Origin: Nemertoderma westbladi
Taxonomy: Eukaryota; Animalia; Xenacoelomorpha
Assembly: GCA_032718475.1 (NCBI GenBank)
Contig: JAUCBJ010008549.1
Span: 1-64,000 of the forward strand
Reading direction: 5' to 3'
DNA length: 64,000 bases
Shown: positions 13,511-26,500 of the stretch, piece by piece
How the letters are laid out: every line of letters starts with the position of its first letter
Numbering within the stretch: the stretch's first letter is position 1
Translations under genes and position numbers: made by a program
The notes under the pieces: generated by a model
Databases searched by the model: none
Told to the model about the DNA's origin: nothing
The model's input: the letters and a program-made list of their open reading frames with translations, nothing else

Positions 13511-13927
13511 GAGTATAATTAAATCTAGAATCAAAGCGACATGTTGCTGTCAGCTGGTCAGGGGTCCATTATAAATTAATTAAATTCAAATAGATAAGGG
13601 TCTTCTCCAACGGTAAAAATAATTTTATTAAAATAAGTGAGTACTTTCTAGAGGCCTTTCTTCAGACTCTATATAAACTGATAAACACTAAACCGAACTG
13701 TAAAAACACACTGCACAACCGCAAATACCAAAGTCACCGGTACCTCTAAAGTATGCATTAGGAATAAGGCACATAGTGGGGCGAGCACAAAATAGGTGGT
13801 ACTGTACTATATAATTGTATACATTATTAGACGGGTATATATAGCGAAAATCATAAAAATATGTAGATACAAAGTTTTCTATCTATTTACACTATTATAA
13901 ATCGGTGGTTTACAACATGACATACCA

Positions 13928-15229
13928 ACAAACTATCGTGGGATCTGTCTGCTTGTGGTAGCTGCCGAAATATACAATAAAATGATTTTATATAGGATTA
14001 GGCCTCACATAGAGAAACTACTGCGTAAGAGCCAAAACGGATTTCGACCAAGTAGATCAACAATAGCTCAGATACTTGCACTACGGAGACTGATTGAAGG
14101 AATTAAGTCAAAGAATCTCCCCGCAGTCATGACTTTTGTGGACTTCAAGAAGGCATTCGACTCCATCCATAGAGGTAAAATGCTTGAAATCCTAAGAGCT
14201 TATGGAATACCAGAAGTAATTGTTGCTGGCATTGGATTGTTATATTGTGACACAGAAGCGCAGGTACTCTCACCAGATGGTGATACTGAGTTTTTCTCAA
14301 TCCTGGCTGGCGTACTGCAAGGTGACACATTAGCACCATTACTATTTGTAATTGTGCTGGATTACGCAATGAGGACGGCCACAGAGGGTGAAGATCTGGT
14401 ATTCACACTTCAAGAACGCAGAAGTAGTAGATATCCGGCAACTACAGTCACAGACACCGACTTTGCGGATGACATCGCCCTGCTCTCTAATACGCTAGCA
14501 AATACACAGCTTCTACTAAATAAAGTGGAGAGGGCTGATAAGGAGGTTGGATTACATATAAATGCTACAAAGACCGAATTCATGACCTTTAATGTTGATG
14601 GAAACTTGACAACAATTGATAATAATCACCTAAGGAAGGTCGATGACTTCCAGTACCTTGGATCATGGATAGAGTGTAGCAAAAAGGACATAGAAGTTAG
14701 AAAAGCAAAGGCTTGGGTAGCTCTATCAAAAATGGATACCATCTGGAAATCAGATCTCTCCAGGCACCTGAAGACTAAGTTCTTTCTAGCCACAGTGGAA
14801 AGTGTAATTTTATACGGGGGTGAGACCTGGACACTGACTAAATCACTTGAACAACGAATTGCAATTGATGGTTGCTACACAAGACTACTAAGGGCAGCCC
14901 TAAACATCAGCTGGAGACAACACATGACAAATAATAAATGACAAAAATACCACCTGTATCAACCACCCTCCGTGAACGCAGATTAAGATTCAGTGGGCAC
15001 TGCTGGCGAAGTAAAGACGAGGTCATACCAGATCTACTTCTCTGGCAACCAACTCATGGAAAGCGTAGTCGTGGACGACCGGCCATAACATATATACTGT
15101 AGATCAACTTGAAAGGGATACTGAACTTAGGAGAAACGAAATTGCGACAACTATGGAGAATCGGGAAGCCTGGAAGGATCTCATTTCCACTGTCCGAGTT
15201 CACTCGACCTACAGTAGTAGTAGTAGTAG
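13928..15229 (+). mobile_element. RTE-clade LINE family B, 5'-truncated reverse transcriptase ORF with (TAG)n tail
   Basis: 328-aa ORF with NYRGI, QNGFR, FVDFKKAFDSI, GVLQGDTLAP, DFADDI and YLGS motifs; ends in AGTAGTAGTAGTAG. Confidence 0.95.
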
Positions 15230-16082
15230 GTTTACAACTTAATAAATAGTATTAAATTTTATTTACTAAAAATTTAAAAAAGTTGTCTGATACTGTTATG
15301 CAGGGTTGCCATGTAGACACCCACAGAAATTTTCAGGTTCGAGATTCTAATGAGGATAGTATAAAGGGACGAGGTTAAGCAGGTGATCAACCAGCAACAG
15401 CTCCGCAACGACAGCAAACTACACGCATTATCACCAGAAGTAAATAATGACGGAATCCTACTAATTAATAACCGAATCCTACTAATGAACTTCATGATAC
15501 CAACCCGAAAACCAATCATAATTCCGCCGTGATCGCCGCTGGTTAACCCCAAATCATACGGGACTGCCATAAGACCATCACTTGGTGTGCATCTGCCTAT
15601 TGTTATTAATTATCGTTGACGCTTTAAAAATTTATTATTTTGTCAATAATTTAAAAAAAAAAATTTTAAATATCAATCTTATTTGATTATTAAATTAATG
15701 AATGAAATGAAAATATAAATAAATAATCAACAATACCATTTTTTGGCTGTACTGGTATAATACCAAGTTCCGGCTAACCCAATAAAGATTGCCAATTCAG
15801 CCATTGAATGAAACACGATTAGCGGTTAAAATGCTACTAACTGTAGTACTAGTCGTTCAATCAAAAGGTCAAATTGGCTGAAACAAAATTTTTTCGAGTC
15901 ACGGAAATGAGGTCCACAAAAGTTATCGATTAAAATTTTTAGTTCATCGTTTTTATGAAAATCACTTATATTAATTAATATTTGGCCAAAATTTTAAAAC
16001 TAATTTTCTGAGAAATTGGCTGTAATAACAGAAATATAACAATTCCAGCCGATAACTTTTAAAGAAATTCCGAAACCCTTTG

Positions 16083-16395
16083 TACTACTACTACAACTAC
16101 TAGGTTCGGAATGCTACATCGCAGCTGCATTATATATGTATTACATATATATTAAGAATGCTGTGCCGACTTGTCAACAAAATTGCGCCGCCACAACCCT
16201 CTATCACCCATGACATTTACTAAATCATCCGCATTTTCAATGCCAATGTCCTTTAAGATGCGTCTCAAGAAAGTCATTGGCTGTCCACCATGCTTATTCA
16301 CTCCATGAGGCCTCCAAAGTACAAGATTATGCACTGGCTGGTCCACACGGCGAAAGCAATGTCCTGCAAAGAGGAGGCGGCCTTGTTCTAGTGAA
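16083..16395 (-). mobile_element. RTE-clade LINE family A, 3' end with (TAG)n tail
   Basis: DQPVHNLVLWRPHGVNKHGGQPMTFLRRILKD; CTACTACTAC tail at about 16085-16101. Confidence 0.88.
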
Positions 16396-17203
16396 ACCCT
16401 TTCAAATGAGCTCGTTTTTTGGTTTCGCTGATTTAATTTCCGATGTCAGTTTAAATGTTTGGTAGAATCTAGTCTGTCTGGCTGTCGGTTGTCTGTCTGT
16501 TGGTGGACAGACCGTCATACGAAAAAACAATGATAACTCGAGAACTAAAAGAGGTGCAGCTAAACGGTTTTCATATTTAAAATTATGGTCAAGATTAATT
16601 TGCAATATGACCATGAGGGGTGGGGAGGGGTGGTACTCCCCACTTAACCCTAGAATGACTTGATCTTTGGATCGAGACACACAGATCTGCGCCATAGGGC
16701 ACTATAGAGGGAACGAATAGAGGGATAAACATATGATAAAAGGTTATCATTTCAAAGATCAGAAAAAAAACTACTAACAGAATACAAGAACGCCATAAGT
16801 TTTTATTAGCAATATTAATTAATATAGGATTCTATAAACAGGAATGCATTTATCACAAACAGAACCGTAAATTCAATTATCAGAAAAGTGAATTATTATA
16901 GTTATAAAATTTCATTAAGTCTTCTTTCTATATTGTGGAGCACCAAAGTGGAATAAAATTTAATACAAAATAAAAATTATATCAATTAAATTTGATCACA
17001 TTAATTCATCTCGCGTTAACAATGGCATATATACTGTAAAGCTGTATTCTACTTTCATAAACAAAGTCAAATGTTGGCAATGTATTGCGAAACCATTAAA
17101 AGAGAGATAACCAAAACATCAAGCTTAACTCACCACTTCATGGCAAAACACAGTCAATTTCAATATCATTAACAATAAGTGATTGGCTACATCTGTCTGA
17201 CCC

Positions 17204-17596
17204 CTACAAGTCCTCGATTATTTCCCCACTTGTATCTGTAAGTATCCCACTCTCATCCTCACTGCTCTCCGCCGCCCCAGAGCTCTGTTCTGATTGGCTA
17301 CTGCTATAATCCGCCTCTGGCCTATCATCAAGCAATTCCCATTGGGATTCTAGAAATTCCTCCAGCCCAGATATTTGATCCCTAGTTCGTCTCTGCCGCT
17401 CCTCTATCAGCTTCCCTTCCACCGCCAACCTCGCTTTCATTGTGACGTAATGGTTGTAATCATCGAGTTGTGATTGGTTGAGCGGTTGACGCAGAGACAA
17501 TGAGACTGTTTCGCTGCGAATGTCGATATCAGACTTGAGTTTTTTCGCGTCTAAATATTTCGTTAGTCGCATGTCCCGTTTAGTAATGAGATCCTC
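17204..17596 (-). CDS. shroom: Shroom terminal coding exon 9
   Basis: Acceptor TTCTCTCAG|GAG; DYNHYVTMKARL resembles DYxHFVxMKxAL; TAG at 17206-17204; minus-strand AATAAA near 16802-16807. Confidence 0.9.
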   Translation of the reverse strand, partial: EDLITKRDMRLTKYLDAKKLKSDIDIRSETVSLSLRQPLNQSQLDDYNHYVTMKARLAVEGKLIEERQRRTRDQISGLEEFLESQWELLDDRPEADYSSSQSEQSSGAAESSEDESGILTDTSGEIIEDL

Positions 17597-20500
17597 CTGA
17601 GAGAAGGGAAATTAAACAATATTAAATAATATATTATTCCCCAATCTGACAATTGGGGACCCGAAGACTCCTCTTTCGATAGCTGCTACCCGAGGGTAGG
17701 GGACGGGTGGTCGCTATTCCTATCTGCTAACCGAAGGTAGGGGTGCGTGCTACTCCTATCTGCTACCCGAAGGTAGGGATGGGCGCTACTCCTATCTGCT
17801 ACCCGAAGGTAGGTGTGGGCGCTACTCATATCTGCTACCCGAAGGTAGGGGTGGCGGTACTCCTATCTGCTACCCGAAGGTAGGGATGGGCGCTACTCCT
17901 ATCTGCTACCCGAAGGTAGGGGTGGCGCTACTCTTATCTGCTACCCGAAGGTAGGGGTGGCGCTACTCCTATCTGCTACCCGAAGGTAGGGGTGGCGCTA
18001 CTCCTATCTGCTACCCGAAGGTAGGGGTGGCGCTACTCCTATCTGCTAGCCGAAGGTAGGGGTGGGCGCTACTCCTATCTGCTACCCCAAGGTAGGGGTG
18101 GCGCTACTCCTATCTACTACCCGAAGGTAGGGGTGGACGCTACTCCTAATCTGCTACCCGAAGGTAAGGGTGGACGCTACTCCTATCTGCTACCCCAAGG
18201 TAGGGGTAGCGCTACTCCTGTCTGCTATCCGAAGGTAGGGATAGATGCTACTCCTATCTGCTACCCGAAGGTAAGGGTGGACGCTACTCCTATCTGCTAC
18301 CCCAAGGTAGGGGTGGCGCTACTCCTATCTGCTACCCGAATGGTAGCGGTGGGGGCTACTCCTATCTGCAACCCGAGGGTAGGAGTGGGCGCTGCTCCTA
18401 TCTGCTACCCCAAGGTAGGGGTGGCGCTACACCTATCTGCTACCCCAATGTAGGGGTGGGCGCTACTCCTATCTGCTACCCAAAGGTAGGGGTGGGCGCT
18501 ACTCCTATCTGCTACCCGAAGGTAGGGGTGGGTGCTACTCCTATCTGCTACCCGAGGGTAGGGGTGGGTGCTACTCCTATCTGCTACCCGAAGGTAGGAG
18601 TGGGCGCTACTCCTATCTGCTACCCGAGGGTAGGGGTGGGTGCTACTCCTATCTGCTACCCGAAGGTAGGAGTGGGCGCTACTCCTATCTGCTAACCGAG
18701 GGTAGGAGTGGGCGCTGCTCCTATCTGCTACCCCAAGGTACTACTACTACTAGGATCGGCATGCTGCATTGCAGCTGCATTTTTAAAAATGCTGTGCCGG
18801 CTTATCGACAAAATTGCACCGCCACAACACCGTATCACCCATGACATTTGCTAGATCATCCGCATCTTCAAGGCCAGTGTCCTTTAAGATGAGTCTCAAG
18901 AAAGTCATGGGCTGTCCACCATGCTTATTCACTCCATGAGGCTGCCAAAGTACAAGACAATGCACTGGCTGATCCTCACGGCGAAAGCCATGTCCTGCAA
19001 AGCGGAGGCGATTTTGTTCTAGTGTCAAGCTTGGGGGAACCAATGAGACACCTCCAATGTTATATAGTGTCTGGTTGGAGATGTGTGCATTGTACTTGAC
19101 ACAATGAACCCGGCGTAGCATTCTTGTGAATTGGCCATCCAGAGATTTGGTGTCCTCAGCAGTTAGAGACCAGCATGGACTCCCATAGAGGAGTACTGGA
19201 ACTACTGCTGCTCTAAATAATCGGGCCTTAAGTTTCAGATTAATTCTCGGTGAATTCCAAATCCTGGAAAGCCTATTCAAGGCTGCCCATGCCTTTCCCT
19301 TACGTATTCGAAGGTCCTCACCTGACTTCCGGATCCATGATCCCAGGTAACAGAAGTCGTCCACATGCTCAAGCATACCATCTTTTGAGCTTATGCTCAT
19401 CCGATCAGAGACTTGCTGAGGACTTTCAAAGTTAACTGTCAAAATTTTGGTCTTTCTGGAGTTAATAAAAAGCAGCATGTTCTAATGAGCTGAGGAGCTG
19501 TTGGGCTCCCTCTATATAGTGATTCTGAAAGTACTCCTAAGTCATCAGCAAAGTCTAGATCAGTTAGGTACTTGGCAGGATTTCCTCGACTTCTGGAGCC
19601 AGTAGGTGGAGTTATCATCACCCCATCATCATTATGATGATCTAAGGACATGCGTAGAACATAGTCAACCACAATAATGAACAAGAATGGTGCAAGTGTG
19701 TCTCCATGGAGGACGCCCCATAACACTTCAAATGGTTCTGTGTCACCGTCAACAGTAGACACAAATGTTGTCGAACCATCGTATACTGATCTGATTGCTG
19801 CAAGTTGATTGATGAAAGTATGCTGAACATACGTGAGCGAGAGACTGAATCAAAGGCCTTGAAGAAGTCAACAAAGATAACAGCCAGATGCCCGTCTTTC
19901 TTTTTTGATAACTCTTCAATTATCCTTCTAAGTGCCAAAATGGGCTCCATGGTCCGGTCCCACGACCTTTACGGAACCCATTCTGATTTCCACGGAGCAG
20001 TCTCTCAATGGGATCCCTGATGCGATTTAATTGAATTCTATTGTATAGCTTTGCAGCAATCGAGATCAATGAGATTCCCCGAAAAGAACCATAGAGTGTT
20101 AGGTTGCCCTTCTTGGGAACAGGCGCCAACTTATTTGTTTTCAATTCTTGTGGGACTCTTGTTGTACGGTACATGTCTACTATGATGGGATAGAAGAGCT
20201 TTAAACACTCAGGTATTTTAAATACCTCAGGGGGAACACCATCTACTCCACTGGCACGATTGGTCTTAATGCTCTTTGCAGCAGCCTTCACTTCTGCAAA
20301 GGAGATATCGCCAATGGGAATATCTGGGAGTAAATACTCAGACACTTTTACTTCTATAAAGTTATCAGGCAATACCCTGTCATTATGGGCGATCATTATT
20401 ACCCGAAGGTAAGGGTGGACGCTACTCCTATCGGCTACCCCAATGTAGAGGTGGGCGCTACTCATATCTGCTACCCGAAGGTAGGGGTGGACGCTACTCC

Positions 20501-23500
20501 TATCTGCTACCCGAAGGTGGGGGTGGGCGCTACTCCTATCTGCTACCCGAAGGTGAAGGTCGGGGTGGGCGCTACTCCTTTCTGCTACCCGAAGTTAGGG
20601 GTTGGCGCTACTCCTCTGCTACCCGAGGGTAGGGATGGACGCTACTCCTATCTGCTACCCAAAGGTAGGGGTGGGCGCTACTCCTATCTGCTACCCGAAG
20701 GTGAAGGTCGGGGTGGGCGCTACTCCTTTCTGCTACCCGAAGTTAAGGGTGGGCGCTACTCCTTTCTGCTACCCGAAGGTAGGGGTTGGCGCTACTCCTA
20801 TCTGCTACCCAAAGGTAGGGGTGGGTGCTACTCCTATCTGCTACCCAAAGGTAGGGGTGGGTGCTACTTCTATCTGCTACCCGAGGGTAAAGGTGGGCGC
20901 TACTCCTATCTGCTACCCAAAGGTAGGGGTGGGCGCTACTCCTATCTGCTACCCAAAGGTAGGGGTGGGTGCTACTTCTATCTGCTACCCGAGGGTAAAG
21001 GTGGGCGCTACTCCTATCTGCTACCCGAGGGTAAAGGTGGGCGCTACTCCTATCTGTTACCCGAAGGTAGGGGTGGGCGCTACTCCTATCTGCTACCCGA
21101 AGGTAGGGGTGAGCGCTACTCCTATCTGCTACCCACCGAAGGTAGGGGTGGGTGCTACTCCTTTCTGCTACCCGAAGTTAAGGGTGGGCACTACTCCTAT
21201 CTGCTACCCGAGGGTAGGGGTGGGTGCTACTCCTTATTTGCTACCCAAAGGTGAAGGTAGGGGTGGGCGCTACTCCTTTCTGCTACCCGAAGTTAAGGGT
21301 GGGCGCTACTCCTATCTGCTAAACGAGGGTAAAGGTGGGCGCTACTCCTATCTGCTACCCAAAGGTGAAGGTAGGGGTGGGCGCTACTCCTTTCTGCTAC
21401 CCGAAGTTAAGGGTGGGCGCTACTCCTATCTGCTAAACGAGGGTAAAGGTGGGCGCTACTCCTATCTGTTACCCGAAGGTAGGGGTGGGCGCTACTCCTA
21501 TCTGCTACCCCAAGGTAGGGGTGGGCGCTACTCCTATCTGCTACCCGAAGGTAGGGGTGGGCGCTACTCCTATATGCGGGCTACTCCAATCCCTTGTTTT
21601 GTTTAACTGGTACTCATTTTATCGACCCCAGTGGTGGATGAAAGGCTAAGTGGATCTGTCGGTTCCAACTGCACTCCCCAATACATTTACTAACTCTGTC
21701 GTTTTCGGCCGCATTCCCCAATGCATTCTCAGTCCTCGCTAGCTGACTGCTGACCGATAGAACCAACTTCATTATCGTATCCAATTCGTTGATATAGTTG
21801 GTGTAACGAATGACGTCAGATGAAGGGCACAATTGCTTGACGACCTGGAATATAGAATGTCCAGATTAATTGGTTTAAATATATAAGTTAATCACCAGAA
21901 GTAGAAAATGTTGTCAGTAGATATTCACAAAAGCACCACAAACTATAGAGCAAAATCAATAGAGACAAATATGTTTCGCATACTCAATCTCCATCCATCG
22001 CAAACACCTAAACTCTGGATGGCACTTACAAAATAATGCTACGCCGGGTTCATTGTGTCAAGTACAATGCACACATCTTCAACCAGACAATATACAACAT
22101 TGGAGGTGTTCCATTAGTCTCCCCTAGCTTTACACTTGTGAATGGAACCGCCTCCGCTTTGCAGGACATTGCTTTCGTCGTGAGGACCAGCCAGTGCATA
22201 ATCTTGTACTTTGGCAGCCTCATGGAGTGAATAAGCATGGTGGACAGCCCATGACTTTCTTGAGACGCATCTTAAAGGACACTGGCCTAGAAGATGCGGA
22301 TAATCTCGCGAAAGTCATGGGGATAGTTGTTGTGGCGGCGCAATTTGTCAACAAGCCGGCACAGCATTCTTATTGCAGCTGCAGTGCCGCATACTGATTA
22401 TAGGTAGCATACATGTCCCTACATGTAAATTAGTTACCTTAGTAACACTCGCACCCAGCTGCTCGTTACCTTAGTAACACTCGCACCCAGCTGTTCGTTA
22501 CCTTAGTAACACTCGCACCCAGCTGTTCGTTACCATAGTAACACTCGCACACAGCTGTTCGTTACCTTAGTAACACTCGCACCCAGCTGTTCGTTTTCTT
22601 CAACTTCATCATCAATGTTTATCCTTTCCATCTCCAAACTCTTCAACCTCCCTTTCAATCTCTTCACAAGCTCCAGTTGTTTGCGCCGCAACGTTGCCTT
22701 ACTAATTGCTGATTGGCTGGACTCCAATAAGACGGTTTCTATCGATATTCTGTATGGAGACGATAAAAAAAATAATTTCAATATTTTTGAAACATAAAAA
22801 AACTTTATTTATTAATTCGATACATACAATAAGAGATCAGTTTGGGAATAATAGTAAAATAGATTCAAGGTTAGTTTCAAGGTCAATCTCAAGATTTTTT
22901 GAGTTACTCGGCCAAAGTGAGTGCTACACAAAACCCGCCACAATTACTATTAACTTTAAGGAATTTGATCCAAATTTGCAATCCCGAAAAACGGGATCCC
23001 GAGAGTTGTAATCCCGGTCCCGATCCCGATCCCGGAGATCCCGAAAAGTCTGATCCCGTTTCAACAATATAGGTAGTACCAACCTTGGGGTATAGATCAG
23101 TGTGGGAGAACAAACCTTGGGATAGAGATCAGTGTGGGAGAACCAACCTTGGGAAAGAGATCAGTTTGGGAGAACCAACCTTGGGATAGAGATACGTGTG
23201 GGAGAACCAACTTTGGGATATAGATCAGTGTGGGAGTACCAACCTTGGGATATAGATCAGTGAGGGAGAACCAACCTTGGGATATAGATCAGTTTGGGAG
23301 AACCACCCTTGGGATATAGATCAGTGTGGGAGAACCAACCTTGGAATAGAGATACGTGTGGGAGAACCAACTTTGGGATATAGATCAGTGTGGGAGTACC
23401 AACCTTGGGATAGAGATACGTGTGGGAGAACCAACTTTGGGATATAGATCAGTGTGGGAGTACCAACCTTGGGATATAGATCAGTGAGGGAGAACCAACC

Positions 23501-26500
23501 TTGGGATATAGATCAGTTTGGGAGAACCACCCTTGGGATATAGATCAGTGTGGGAGAACCAACCTTGGGATAGAGATCAGTGTGGGAGTACCAATCTTGG
23601 GATATAGATCAGTGTGGGAGAACCAACCTTGGGATAGAGATCAGTTTGGGAGTACCAACCTTGGGATAGAGATACGTGTGGGAGAACCAACCTTGGGATA
23701 GAGATCAGTGTGGGAGTACCAACATTGGGATATAGATCAGTGTGGGAGAACCAACCTTGGGATATAGATCAGTCTGGGAGAACCAACCTTGGGATATAGA
23801 TCAGTGTGGGAGTACCAACCTTGGGATATAGATCAGTGTGGGAGAACCAACCTTGGGATAGAGATCAGTGTGGGAGTACCAACCTTGGGATAGAGATCAG
23901 TGTGGGAGAACCAACATTAGGATAGAGATACGTGTGGGAGAACCAACCTTGGGATAGAGATCAGTGTGGGAGTACCAACCTTCGGATATAGATCAGTGTG
24001 GGAGAACCAACCTTGGGATAGAGATCAGTGTGGGAGTACTAACCTTGGGATAGAGATCAGTGTGGGAGAACCAACATTAGGATAGAGATACGTGTGGGAG
24101 AAACAACCTTGAGATATAGCTCAGTGAGGGAGAACCAACCTTGGGATAGAGATCAGTTTGGGAGTACCAACCTTGGGATAGAGATACGTGTGGGAGAACC
24201 AACCTTGGGATAGAGATCAGTGTGGGAGTACCAACCTTGGGATATAGATCAGTGTGGGAGAACCAACCTTGGGATATAGATCAGTGTGGGAGAACCAACC
24301 GTGGGATATAGATCAGTGTGGGAGTACCAACCTTGGGATATAGATCAGTGTGGGAGAACTAACCTTGGGATAGAGATCAGTGTGGGAGTACCAACCTTGG
24401 GATGGAGATCAGTGTGGGAGAACCAACATTAGGATAGAGATACGTGTGGGAGAACCAACCTTGGGATAGAGATCAGTGTGGGAGTACCAACCTTGGGATA
24501 TAGATCAGTGTGGGAGAACCAACCTTGGGATAGAGATCAGTGTGGGAGTACCAACCTTGGGATAGAGATCAGTGTGGGAGAACCAACATTAGGATAGAGA
24601 TACGTGTGGGAGAACCAACCTTGGGATAGAGATCAGTGTGGGAGTACCAACCTTGGGATATAGATCAGTGTGGGAGTACCAACCTTGGGATATAGATCAT
24701 TATGGGAGTACCAACCTTGGGATATAGATCAGTGTGGGAGTGCCAACCTTGGGATATAGATTAGTGTGGGAGTACCAACCTTGGGATAGAGATCAGTGTG
24801 GGAGAACCAACCTTGGGATATAGATCAGTGTGGGAGTACCAACCTTGGGATATAGATCAGTGTGGGAGTATCAACCTTGGGATATAGATCAGTGTGGGAG
24901 AATCACCCTAGGGATAGAGATCAGTGTGGGAGTACCAACCTTGGGATAGAGATCAGTGTGGGAGAACCAACATTAGGATATAGATCAGTTTGGGAGTACC
25001 AACCAACCTTGGAATAGAGATACGTGTGGGAGAACCAACCTTGGGGTAGAGATCAGTGTGGGAGTACCAACGTTGGGATAGAGATACGTGTGGGAGAACC
25101 AACCTTGGGATAGAGATCAGTGTGGGAGTACCAACCTTGGGATAGAGATACGTGTGGGAGAACCAACTTTGGGATAGAGATACGTGTGGGAAAACCAACC
25201 TTGGGATAGAGATACGTGTGGGAGAACCAACTTTGGGAAATAGATCATTGTGGGAGTACCAACCTTGGGATATAGATCAGTGTGGGAGTACCAACCTTGG
25301 GATATAGATCAGTGTGGGAGTACCAACCTTGGGATATAGATTAGTGTGGGAGAACCAACATTAGGATGGAGATCAGTTTGGGAGTACCAACCTTGGGATA
25401 GAGATACGTGTGGGAGTACCAACCTTGGGATATAGATCAGTGTGGGAGAACCAACTTTGGGATATAGATCATTGTGGGAGTACCAACCTTGGGATATAGA
25501 TCATTGTGGGAGTACCAACCTTGGGATATAGATCAGTGTGGAGGAACCAACCTTGGGATATAGATCAGTGAGGGAGAACTAACCTTGGGATAGAGATCAG
25601 TTTGGGAGAACCAACCTTGGGATAGAGATCAGTTTGGGAGAACCAACCTTGGGATAGAGATCAGTGTGGGAGTACAAACCTTGGGATAGAGAACTGTTTG
25701 GGAGAACCAACCTTGGGATAGAGATCAGTTTGGGAGTACCAACCTTGGGATAGAGATACGTGTGGGAGAACCAACCTTGGGATAGAGATCAGTTTGGGAG
25801 AACCAACCTTGGGATCAAGATCAGTGTAGGAGAACCAATCTTGGGATATAGAACAGTGTGGGAGAACCAACCTTGGGATAGCGATCAGTGTGGGAGTACC
25901 AACCTTGGGATAGAGATCAGTGTGGGAGAACCAACATTAGGATAGAGATACGTGTGGGAGAACCAACCTTGGGATAGAGATCAGTGTGGGAGTACCAACC
26001 TTGGGATATAGATCAGTGTGGGAGAACCAACCTTGGGATAGAGAACTGTTTGGGAGAACCAACCTTGGGATAGAGATCAGTTTGGGAGTACCAACCTTGG
26101 GATAGAGATACGTGTGGGAGAACCAACCTTGGGATAGAGATCAGTTTGGGAGAACCAACCTTGGGATATAGATCAGTTTGGGAGAACCAACCTTGGGATA
26201 GAGATCAGTTTGTGAGAACCAACCTTGGGATAGAGATCAGTTTGGGAGAACCAACCTTGGGATATAGATCTGTGTAGGAGAACCAATCTTGGGATAGAGA
26301 TCAGTTTGGGAGAACCAACTTGGGATATAGATCAGTGTAGGAGAACCAATCTTGGGATAGAGATCAGTTTGTGAGAACCAACCTTAGGATAGAGATCAGT
26401 TTGGGAGAACCAACCTTGGGATATAGATCAGTTTGTGAGAACCAACCTTGGGATAGAGATCAGTGTGGGAGAACCAACATTAGGATAGAGATCAGTTTGG

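Noticed and set aside
18133-21649. ORFs with GATPICYPKVGV or GRYSYLLPEGRG repeats
   Set aside because: In-frame readings of the 36-bp minisatellite, interrupted by a LINE and antisense to Shroom.
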